A DNA stretch of 64,000 nt from Kudoa neothunni. Lineage: Eukaryota; Animalia; Cnidaria. Position numbers and translations under genes: made by a program. The notes under the pieces are model-generated. The model was not told where the DNA came from. It worked only from the letters and a program-made list of their open reading frames with translations, and did no database searches. The DNA is taken from positions 9,405,779 through 9,469,778 of the forward strand of contig OZ199839.1 in NCBI GenBank assembly GCA_964304625.1. Reading direction: 5' to 3'. Shown here in pieces: positions 52,746 through 64,000 of this stretch. Position 1 is the stretch's first letter. Each line of letters starts with the position of its first letter.

Positions 52746-54111
52746 TTAACCCAACTTCCAATTATAAGTTTTTGAGATCGCTTCTAAGTAAAATGTACCA
52801 TAATACTGATCTTATTTTTGGCAGATACATCTTAAATTTTCTAATTTTAAAGGAGTCTTCTTATCTGAGGATTGGGAAATAGGATTACACATCTGGTACA
52901 TTATATCATGCTCGACGGAACCTTGATACTCTTTTAATTTCTCTATGAATGTCACAAGACTAGGATGTGGCTGTTCGAAACAAGAACGGAAATGTCGGTT
53001 GAAATTTTCTGCTGGATACTTTCTAGTGTTCTTGAATATGCCTTCCAACATTCTAATGGATACTTTGTGCTATTTATGAAGTTTTTTTCAAAATACTCTA
53101 AAAAATGAGTCAAATTGAGGTTTTTAAAGTCAGAAGATTTTTTTTTCAATTTCTCATATTCGTCTTAAACATTATTATTTAATGGGACGAATGCCAAAGA
53201 TATAAAGCATTTTATAAAAAGCATAAAATCAGCATTATTTTGATATTCTTTTGATAATCCCAAGTTCTGTATTTTTCGATATACGCATTGCCCGAAATGG
53301 AACAAGCAAAAATATATATTTGATTTTGATGCTTTTTTAAAAGCATTAAAAGAACCAACTTCAAAGTCGAGTACTATATTTTCAGGAAATTCCATAAATT
53401 CTTGATTTTTGATAATTTGAAGGATCTTTTCGTATGTTTACTCATATTTACTTGGCATCAAAACATATATTAGAGGAAAAACTCTTTCAAAACTTTTACC
53501 ATGAATGGTGTAAAGTTGGTAAAATTCTCTTGGTGCAACTTGAAAGGTTCCATCAGTAATCCAACAATGAGAATTTTTCAGATGGGCCAAATTATTGTTT
53601 GTTCCGAAAATAATTATTCTATTTGCGCCAGAAGATTCTGTATCGTAAATGCAAAAATTGTCGTTTCGTAATGTGGTTAGGTAACCACAAAGGTTTGTTT
53701 CAGGATTTATTTGAATATTTCTCCTTTTCCGTATGTTTTGGATATTTTTATAAATATGGAATTTTTTCACCACAGGCACGTCGTTGATATTTTGACTATT
53801 AGAGGCAATACTATATACTTCACTGGTGAAGTAAGATGTACTCTCAACCAATTTTCGTATTTTGTCCTGAAAAAACCCATATTTTTTTATCTTCCGATAT
53901 ATTATGATTATGAAAGTTAATTTTTTCAATATTCCGAGTTTCCGAAGAATCAGTTCTTAATCTCCCACGGCACATCCTATTTTGACACTTCAAATATTGA
54001 TATGTATTTGTAGAATAATCTATCATGTAAAAATAATCTTCAAACAACAGCAAATATTTATTTCTTTTTGTTTTTAACATAGTATAGTTTTTTTTTCTTG
54101 TTGCCGCTCAT
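52746..54111 (-). mobile_element. MULE (Mutator-like) transposase with FLYWCH-like N-terminal zinc finger, frameshifted
   Basis: YLKCQNRMCRGRL...HNH; WITDGTFQVAPREFYQLYTIHG; IVLDFE; CLFHFGQC; ENFNRHF...HPSL. TIRs not confidently located. Confidence 0.9.
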
Positions 54112-54458
54112 TTTTTAACGATTTTTACGAACTCGCATCTAGCGCATGCGCGCTCTGAGGTTCTCCTCGCGAATTTTCCTCATGCCTTTATATACAACTG
54201 AAACTTTGAAAGTCTACTCTTTTCTACTTTTGAACGTACTTAAGACGAATTACAACATTAGTTTGTGCGTAGGCGGGCTTTCGATGCAAACAAAGATTTG
54301 TTGCTTAAACGGGAAATTATTAAATTAATACGCATGAATATATTATTTACTTTGCGCGTTTAGTTAAAGTTAAAAAGTTTTTTATTTTTTTTAATAAACA
54401 TAAAATTATGTTAGAACGTTATGATTAAGTAAAACATTGTTAACAAACTTTTAGATTA

Positions 54459-56506
54459 CAGTCGAGATTGGATATTGCGTGGGTTTCTGGGACCAACAAA
54501 AACCCACGCAATAAAAAATTTTTACGCAATATCCAGACCTTTGCGTGCGCATTGTACTATAAAATATGATTTTTTCGTGTTTACGTCCGATGCCAATTAG
54601 TGAAAATCAAATTTTTATATATAAATATATTATTTAATTAAATGAAATGTGATTTATCAAATTTTGTCGAAAAAGCTTGTAATTTTAGTTTGTCGGAATC
54701 TTTCTCTTGATATTTTTAAAACTCGGTCCATTATGGGATGTAAATCAAACAATCCCCTCGGATCCTCTTTAATAAAAGCTTCCCTCAGAACGTTCACTGC
54801 ATTTTTCATTTGATTAATTGAAACTTTGATGTCTTCAATGATTGATTCGCTATCGTCAGATTCGTCACTTATGGGCAATAAGTCCTCATTATTTTCTTCC
54901 TCGCATGTTGCTTCATAATCGTCATCAAACATATTTTCTGAATCTTCGATTTCATCTAGAAAAAATTAATTACGTATACGTTAAATATTACCTTGAGAAC
55001 AGTTGCTGATTTGAGGTATCTCACTCACATCTTCTTGGTCTATAAACTGATAATAACTTTATTGTCGTAATTTTATTTAATACCTCCAAATATTTTTGAT
55101 TTTTTAAAGCAATTAATAATAATTTGCGGCGGAATACTTTCCCAACATTTAGCTAATGTTATCATTGAGTCAAGCAATGTATATTTTTTTATGATAGAAT
55201 CTTCGCATAAAACCATTCGCTCGGTCATTGAACTTTTGTACCTGCTTTTAAGGCAGCGAATGATGCCTCCTAAATCAAGGGGTTGTAAAATACTAGTTGT
55301 ATTTTTAGGTAAGAACAAAAATTTGATATTTTCAAAGCAATCAATATTTTTTGGATGGCCTGGACATTGGTCCAACAAAATTAAGACTTTTCTATTCTGA
55401 TTTATCATCCTTCGGTTAAACTTTTTCATTATTTCGATAAATATACTAGAAGTCATCCATGCACTTTTTTGTGCATAATATTCACAAGGGAGGTGTTTGA
55501 CTCTTTTAAAACATCTAGGATTTTGAAATTTCCCGATAACAACTAATGGGAACTTATCCCCATTTAAAGCTGAGGACAGTAAAACAGTCACCCTTTTTTT
55601 GGATAATTTTTTCCCCTTAATCCCGACTTCCTCCTTTAAAACGTAACTACTATTTTGTAACTGCTCATAATAAAGAGCAGTTTCGTCGATGTTAATAACG
55701 TCTTTTGGATTATATGCTCTAATCAAATCAATGTTCTCAATAATCCATGAGTCGACAGATGCAACATCTGCACTCGCAGCCTCGCCATGGAACTTTTTGA
55801 AAACTATCCCATATCTTGACTTGAACCCTGCAAGCCATCCCTTGCTGGCTTTAAAATTGGAAACTTTGTTTTCATTTGCAATATAAGAAGCTTTTTTGAT
55901 AATGGCATCTCCTGACAGAACGTTACCATTCGACCGTTGTTTAACAAACCAATCATACACTTCATCGTCTATATTTTTGAATCTGCCTGCCGAATGTCTC
56001 TTCCTTTTACTTTCAATATCTGTATTTTTGAATTTATCTTCGTGCGAAAGAATTCTATCAAGTGTTGAATGACCTTAAATGTGATTTTACAATACTATTC
56101 ATTAGAAGACTACTATACCACTCAATTTAAACTTGGAAATTGTCATTGATTTCGCACCCTTCAACGTTTTTATTGAATTGTAGTAATGGATGATTTCCAT
56201 TTTCTCTGAAATATTGCGTTGTTCACGGGACATAATGAAAAAACACTATCTGAATTAAACCAATTGACCACAAAAAACCACGCAATAACGAGTCACGCTG
56301 CGCCTAACAACCACGCAATAAAAAATTTCCACGCAATAACGAGACTTTTTGTATTAATAAATTTTTTTAAATTTTTTGTTAACAAATATTTTTACATTAC
56401 AATAAGATAATAACAATTTGAAAAAACTAAATTTCTCTCTTTAAAGGATAACTTTAAAAATCTCTAATTACGCAATATCCAGTCACGCAATATCCAATCT
56501 CGACTG
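54459..56506 (-). mobile_element. Young pogo/Tigger transposon with perfect TIRs
   Basis: TA|CAGTCGAGATTGGATATTGCGTG ... CACGCAATATCCAATCTCGACTG|TA (23-bp perfect TIR). Repeated subterminal (C)ACGCAATA motifs at both ends. Confidence 0.95.
54657..56233 (-). CDS. Intron-containing pogo/Tigger transposase (CENP-B HTH + DDE_1, C-terminal PIP box)
   Basis: MSREQRNISEKMEII..., 45-nt intron 56118-56074, ORF 55073-55960 (FKASKGWL, NIDETAL, LDQCPGH, LPKNTTSILQPLD), two further short introns, then QTKITSFF. Confidence 0.88.
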
Positions 56507-56836
56507 TAGTTAGTTCACCGACGGGCTGCGTAAAGCGATTAATACGCCTCATGATTTGTAAGAGCTTATGATTTCTTAATGAAAATAAGGTCCAATAACG
56601 TAGAAAGTGAGGATGATCGGGCCATAGCTGTTTATTTCGATCATGACTGTTATAGAAAGGTCGATAAGATAATTATAATTGACTTTGAACATAAAATGAC
56701 CTTGGTCTATTCCAAACCAAAGTCAGCGTGGTCGGGAAAGGAAACCCAAGCGAAGCGGGGTTTTTGCGCTAGTATGATATAAATTAAAAATGTTTACAAT
56801 CTTAATACTAAATTCTCCAGTTTAATTTACTTTTGG

Positions 56837-57384
56837 GGTTAAAATGTAGAATAGTGGCCACATTTTCCGATTAAAGATTATAATTGGTTCGTAGATTAAT
56901 CCGGAATTTTTTATAACACCTTAGCATGAAATATGTTGAACATTAATGGTAGGTATGAGTGGATTAATTACAATAAAATATTTTTGATCTTAGCGTTATG
57001 CATTTGATACACTGTAACACCTAATGCGTGCAGATAATACTAATTTCTTATTCTTATAGACATAGAATTAGTAATAGGCAATCGCTAATGATGAAATATG
57101 ATAATCAATAAAAAATCATAGTTGTCACAATCAAATTTTAGGATAAAACAAAGCATGCTTTACTCCATCGATTAAATCGTATGTCCTGTGGAAATAACTA
57201 CGAGGGGCTAGCAGTTATTTAGAGAACATATTATAAAAAGTATTATCGATAACAAATACAATGCCGAAAATAACCTACTGGTGGTGTGAAACAATGATAA
57301 ATACAAAAAATTAGAATAATCAACAGGTTCGATTTTTATCATGGTCGCCGATTTGGATTACGGCTACTATTCTACATTTTAACC
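56837..57384. mobile_element. Merlin-type MITE
   Basis: TIR GGTTAAAATGTAGAATAGT(G/A)GCC at both ends. Perfect 8-bp TSD ACTTTTGG (56829-56836 and 57385-57392). Confidence 0.88.
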
Positions 57385-57482
57385 ACTTTTGGTTTTCTAT
57401 ATAAGTCTATTCAATACGTGGTAGTCAAAATAATGGGTTTTTCACTACAGTGAACAATGGGACCGAAAGGGTTGATAAATGC

Positions 57483-58566
57483 GGCTAAAATACGACATAG
57501 CGATGAAAGTCGGTGGCAATCGTATCTCTTCGTCGTGCTAAAAAATAGATTATTCTACGGTCGAAATCGATGATATCCTCATAGAAGTCGTCTTCAACCT
57601 AATTAAGGATCAACCCAAATTAGTATTCTTATCACAGAGATTTGATTTACTGCCAAAAATTCGCCCGTGTGAATCTTGCAATTCAGATATGCTGCTACTC
57701 AGACCATTTTTGCAATATTGGCTCATTTATATTCCGTTGTTATAAATGTAATAAAAAAACACCAGGTAAAAATGCAGAATAGGGACGTTTTTTTGAAGGG
57801 GCGATGTTTACGTTATTGCAAATTTTTTATATATAATTTTTGCGAACCTTAACAATACACATATACGAATTACAATACAGTTTTGAGGCAATTAAAGATC
57901 TACTCAAGAGAAACACTTTTCAACTGGAAGAATTATATACTTGAAATCTATATGGAGTATCATAATATCGAAAGTACTTCAAATGGTGGTTCAGATATTA
58001 TTGTGCAAATTGATGAATCCCATGTAAGCAAACGCAAATACCATCGCGGTAGAGTGCTTGTGAATCAAAAATGTGTGGGAAATTGGAGCAATCGATGAAG
58101 GTGGAAGCATATTTCAAATCTTAACTGAGGTTAGGAATCAAGCCACACTGGAGACGATTATCTCCCAATATGTGTTGGTGGGATCCACCGCCTGGACCGA
58201 TTTATGGGGTGGCTACAAAAATCTAAACATGGTAGGCTATCATCATGATAAGGTTAACCATAGTATTAAATTTCGAACGTCGGATGCAGTCCATATAAAC
58301 AGAATTGGGGCCATTTGGGGTGCCATCAAGCGCAAGTTCCGCTATATAACTAACAAATAACTAACAAAAAATCGGAATTAATGGGTTCTTCCTTGATCGA
58401 ATATCAATTTAAAAAAACAGTTAAAAATGATAAAATTTCAAAATATATATCTTTTATTAACCAAATTTATTTACATTGACAAATACACGGTTTTTTGTGT
58501 GTTACGAATTTCGCGCCGAATGTTCACGAAATGTAACGACTTTCGTCGCTCTATCGTACTTTAGCC
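57483..58566 (+). mobile_element. Merlin (IS1595/ISXO2-like) transposon with disrupted transposase
   Basis: TIRs GGCTAAAATACGACATAGCGATGAAAGTCG and CGACTTTCGTCGCTCTATCGTACTTTAGCC. VQIDESHVSKRKYHRGR, TDLWGGY, HDKVNHS, VHINRIGAIW. Confidence 0.92.
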
Positions 58567-59480
58567 AAAAATAGCATAATCAGTGGCCATTATGGCGTCA
58601 ATACTTTCGAGAATTAAAGTTTTTTAGCGTGATACTCATTTCTCGGCCGCTGTCTGGCCTTTACCGAAACTGTCCGTATTGTGTAGTTTAATCAAAATTT
58701 TAATATTCACTGTTGAATTTCTGAAGGAATAGAGAGAGTTTTGTGAGATATCTATAGAAAATGAATATAGAATAAATTTCATTTCAAGACAATGATAGTT
58801 GCCGATTGAAGCATGTTATAGATGCACATAAGTAAGATTTTTTGGCAAAAATATAAAGAAATGTTATTAATATTGCGTTAAAAAATGAATAAGAAATAAA
58901 ATAGTATTTATAATTTTTAAGAATGGGTCATTCACCAAATTTTATCCTAATGGAAAAGGGGCATAAATATTTTTTCAACCAAATAATCTTACTAATATTT
59001 TTTTTTATTCTATTTAAATAAACGGTGTCATGCCCATGCCGAAAAATAAGTAAAACACACAATCGGCTGCGCACGCACATTAGGTGCAATATTATCGGTT
59101 GAATACTGTGTATACAGTAATTATTGTCATTTATATAAACTTTGTTGACATTTTTTAATTGAACTTATGATATAAAAATAACTTTTTACAACCAATGATA
59201 AAAGATTGTTTGCAATTATTAATTTGTTTTATTATTCGCAACATACTTCATGAATATCATGTAGTTTCCGAAAACTTTATCCATTAAATATCGATTAATT
59301 AAAAAATTGAAGTTTTAGGAAACTAAACAGCATCCGAATTGGATATAAAATAAGACTTATACAGACTTTTAACTGAAATAGTTTATATGTGAATTAATAA
59401 TAGTTAAAACAACTTTCGGTCTCAACTATGAATATCATTCGTTTAAATCCAGATAATTGTCGCGTTGAATTAAGGTTTAT

Positions 59481-62400
59481 ATGACATTATTATTGTCAAT
59501 GAGTTACATACCAAACATACTTCTGCTGATTTTAGGAGGTAGTAGTTTATGAAAAATTTATAAAAAATATTTCTTTATTAGTTATTCATGAAAACCACGT
59601 TTCTTCTATTGAGATTGATAATAATCTGATGACTTTGAAATTCTCGAACCTAGAAAATAAATACTCTATTTCGATTTCTGGATACGATATCGAAAATAGC
59701 CAAAGGAAATGTGCCTTACAATATTATGATACGACGGGACCATTATTAAAAAGTATTCCTACTTGCAATAGTGATATTGGAAATGGAATTGGAGATGAAA
59801 AAAGCACAAATGTGCATTTACACATGTAAACAAGTACAACTAAAAATCTCTGGATTACAATTTAAAACCATTAAATACATAAAATGGTGTCAAGGAAAGG
59901 ATAATGAAAGTGTTAAAACATGTCAAGATAAGAGAGTTTACAAGATTAAAGGTAAGCTAAATTTTTTTAATACTATTATAATTACGATTTTAGATATTTA
60001 TTTAAAAAGCGAGTTTTCGGCATCGAAAATCAATGATGAATTTACTGTTTCCATTAAAAACAAAGTAAATGGTGGCTTCTCCGCCATGGGTTGATCTTAA
60101 AAAAGAAACTACAGTGGCTTCGGGTAATGACTTTTTTACAACTAAAAGTATTAATATGAATACAAAATTATATAAACCCCATTACATTATTGAATTCATC
60201 GATAAATCTCCCGAAATATTTCTAAACCCTCAAAAACCTGTCAATGATTGGTTTATTGCGACTGGCTCAAAACATATAGACAGCTCGAAATATTATTACA
60301 CAATTAAACTCGAAAATCCGGAACCTTCGAAGATTTGTTATTTTGGAATAAAAGGAAATAAATGAATCTCATTTTACTTCATATTGTTCAGTCTACAATA
60401 AGGCGGGCCCATGTTTTCAACCTTGTTTCAAGGCGACATTATATCATCACTCAAATTTAAATTTTGCTCAAATTATGGTCATACCCTACAACAATTTGAC
60501 ATCTAAAGAGTTTTTTCAAATTGTCACCTGTAATAAAGAAAACTTAATATTTTGTTAATTAAATTTTTAGTTGGGCAACCATCAAACAACTGTTAATCCT
60601 AGTAAAGATCGGATTACTGTTGATCTAAACAACTTGAATAAAAATGTGGGGTCCAATGATGCTGTTAGCTCCGCAGCTATATCAGAAATTAAATTAATTA
60701 AAAAATACATTGGAATTGAAGCTGTTGGTGAAAATCTTACATGCAGTAGCACTGAAGAATGTCTTAGTTTTGGTTCAAAAACTGTGACACAACTAGCACC
60801 ATTACCGAGTATATTATAAAGGTCAAAATAACCGGACTTACAACCGTTGATTCTCCTGAAGTTAACCATTACCATAAATACATATATTTCAAAACAAAAG
60901 GTGAAATTAACTAATAATAATTTTTTTAATGTTAATAGGAGAACAATTTTGAAGCAACTAGAAATATTACACCGGAAACTGTATCAGGTCAACATACGCA
61001 ATTAACCCTTCAACCAAAAGATCTTTTCCTGCCTGGAAAAAATTTAAATGCAAAATGTGAACTTTATTATTCAATTGGGGATGAGGCTTCAAAATATCCA
61101 GCTACGTGTCGAATAGGTGATACTAACAAATTTTGTTCGGATGCATGCAACAAAAGCTTTACTATTGTTAACCTGGATCCTAAAACGAGTTACAAGATTA
61201 CAGTCTGTTCCAAAGGATATACGTGCGAACAAAGCAATCCAGAAACAGAAAGTAATTTTTATATTCCTGAATAAAAATTTATTATTATAAATAGCCGGAG
61301 GAAACATCATTCACGATTTCTACAAATGACGTGGGTTGAAAGTAAGAGGACTACTGTCACTATGGCTCCTTCGAGTTCTGAAAGTTTAGGGAATTCGTGG
61401 GCATACGTTCTATTTGAAAGACTGTCTAAGAAAATAATTATTGATTGTTTGAATGGTCCCTGCGTTCCTACCATATCGGCATCAAATATATTAGATATTT
61501 CCTGGGATATTATCGACGCAGAAATAGCATACGAAATAGTTGTGATAAATATTGCTACAAGCAAACCTCTGGCGAAAGATATAAAAAGTTTTTAATTGTG
61601 TAAAAAAATTGGTCTACTTTTTTTAGGAAGCATTGTGGAAGGTAGTGATCGGATGATTTTAAGATACGATACGACGAATAATAATTATAAAATAAAATTT
61701 AAGGACGACTTTACAACACTAAAGCATGAACAATGTACAGTAAAAAAATCAAAAGACGATTTATCTGATTATGAGGATGCCGGTGAAAATAATGGAATTA
61801 TTAAAAAAAGTTGCAACACACTTGATATAGAATCAACCATCATTCTTAATGATAAATATAAGCTCAATTATATTTCTTATACTTATCAATATTCTAAGGA
61901 AGAAACTGTTGATTCATCATCTGGACTTGCGAAACCAGAGGAAGAGAGACTCGAAAGTGGTACGGAAAAATCACCAGAACCAACAGCACAAAGAAAAAAA
62001 AACGATCTCATACCCAAAAGGAAAAGTTTATTCATATTTCATGGGTAATTTATAATTGAAATATAAATATAATTCTTTCAAGATGATTACGAGGAAATAA
62101 CTTATGCTGCATCCCTTCATGATGATAAAATAAAATTAGGATCAAATAAATGTTCGTTAAACTGCGAAGCATATAAGGACAATCAAAAACAAGACGGATT
62201 AACACAAAATGAAGTTAATCCATGCTCCAATTTTGAGAGTTATTCAATTCAATTCGATGAGTTGGTTAAGGATTATCATATCCGCTGCCCAAAACATTTT
62301 GACTTCCATTACTTTTACGACAACGATTTCGTGAAAAATAATGCACCAGTTTTTAGTAGATTTTACTACGAATTAACTAATGACTACACAAATAAAAGGT

Positions 62401-64000
62401 TTACAATAAAATTGGTAAATGAAAACCCTTCTGAAATGTGTACGTTTGAATGGTTGGACGCAACTGCGTCTTCTTCAAATAATTTTTTTTTCTAATAAGT
62501 GTGAAAATAAAAGAAACTGTTTATACAGTATGTGTAATAATGTGATTTTTGGAAATATAACAGAGAGCGTAAAAGCGGTAAAAATTCGTGTCTTAAAATT
62601 AGGAATGCAACCTACTCCTGGTTATCAAAGCAACATCTACATATGTATTATGTTAATCATCTACAAAATAGTAATTGTATTATTTAGTGAAGCATGGACA
62701 GGATGTACCTGTGACAACTTCAAACAACGACATAAAAATTGATATTGGTACTAAAAATAAATATGAAGGAGGCGAACATGTTACTGAACCCTCCTCTGCT
62801 ACATGTTCGTTGAGTTATTGGAATGCGTATGCACCACTTGTTAATGAAAATGGAAGAAAATCCCCCACCTCTTCAACCTGTAATTTCGGTGAGCTGGGAA
62901 ATAACACCAGATCCAAACCACTTACATAATGATGTTATGGTGAAAATATCAAATATACCAGGTTATTCTCCACGAAAATACTTTTATTACAAGACAAGTA
63001 ATTATTTTGAATATATATTTTTTAATAAATTTTATTAAGCTCAATCGACCGTACTTTCAACTGGAGAAGTAGCGGTTACATCAACTGAAGATGGATTTTC
63101 TTTCATCCTTAATATATCAGTGTCATCCACCACATGCACTATTTATGTAAAAGAAAAAGATTCAACGAATGGTTATTACCCGGCTATGTGTACCGGAAAA
63201 GTATTGTGTGTCAATACTTGCAACACACAATTTACCCTAATTGGACTTTATTCTGGCGCTAGCTACGATATTAAAATTGTACCCAGTGGGAATTATGAAA
63301 TGTTAGAAGTAAAAAACAAACAAACAAGTAGTATAATTGATCTAAATTTTAACAAATGTATAATAGATGGCAGTAAAGTTGATTTCAAATTTCTGGAGGG
63401 ACTACAAAAGATAACCTTATAATTACTCCTAAAGTCATTATTAATAACGCTGATAATACTGAATGTTATTATCAATTATATAGACATGAAACGAATGAAT
63501 GTAATAAGTTCTTTCATATTATTTTATTTATTTGATGTAGTTTCACACACGAATATACAAAAATCATGCATAAGATGTACCGGAAGTGATCTTAAACAAT
63601 GCAATGAGATCCAATTCGATCAAAATTCATATAGTAATAAGTACAACTACAGATTAATGATATACGTGGATAGAAAGTCGCCACCAGTCAAAATCCCCAT
63701 TCCAGGTATAATGGTATATTTCTTCTTACATTATTTAATATGTATTTGTAGCTTTTTCCAGACACGGTAAACTACAACAAAAATTTGTGCCCGCAAGTGG
63801 TGAAAATATTGAGAAATTCTCTATTTCACTTACCGAATTTCCCGATAGCAGTAAATGCGTGATAAAATTAACAAGTTTTGGTGAAACACCGATATTCAAT
63901 AAACCAGCTTGCTCTATTATCACAGATAGAGATTACTGCACTGTTGATTGTCCGACATCTAGGCCCGTTGAGATTGATTATTTAAATTCAAAAATTGATC
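59481..64000 (+). CDS. Long, internally duplicated, divergent member (E) of the Cys-rich FN3-like family; 3' end beyond the window; several 1-nt frameshifts as assembled
   Basis: Signal exon MTLLLSMSYIPNILLLILG with a phase-1 intron spliced in frame to ORF 59629. Family motifs occur twice: YTIKLENPEPSKICYFGI / FTIKLVNENPSEMCTF, and YPATCRIG..CSDACNK..NLDPKTSYKITV / YPAMCTGKVLCVNTCNT..GLYSGASYDIKIV. Confidence 0.8.

Larger units (their letters stand above)
52486..56772 (+). mobile_element. Non-autonomous Helitron shell containing nested MULE and Tigger elements
   Basis: A|TCTGTCCTACTATATAAAG 5' end followed by (GT)n. 3' hairpin AAACCC-AA-GCGAAGC-GGGGTTT (about 56742-56763), then CTAG|T. Confidence 0.7.

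Noticed and set aside
1-64000. Alternative genetic code or prokaryotic origin explaining the fragmented ORFs
   Set aside because: DDX56 and paralogue C translate cleanly with the standard code once short spliceosomal introns are removed.

Overview
Very AT-rich eukaryotic (animal-like) genomic DNA with tiny GT-AG introns (mostly about 25-60 nt) and highly diverged housekeeping genes. This profile fits a compact-genome parasite such as a myxozoan cnidarian (inference, not proven). Recognisable conserved genes, all on the minus strand: LYAR, XPR1 (SPX+EXS) and DDX56/Dbp9. The main novelty is an unrecognised family of Cys-rich, FN3-like, single-pass membrane proteins. Four tandem paralogues (A-D, 3.4-24.9 kb, minus) share a 10-exon plan: symmetric phase-1 domain exons, a conserved 15-nt micro-exon, a TM helix and a tiny basic tail. 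A longer, internally duplicated distant member (E) starts at 59.5 kb on the plus strand and runs off the window. It is a candidate variant-surface-antigen or receptor array. The rest is dense with often nested DNA transposons (piggyBac, pogo/Tigger, Tc1/IS630 DD34E, MULE, Merlin, hAT MITE, Helitron) plus one tRNA-derived SINE. One XPR1 intron has been inflated to 6.6 kb by them. Scattered 1-nt frameshifts, including one in LYAR, suggest residual assembly indel errors, so pseudogene calls are provisional. All coordinates were read by eye.
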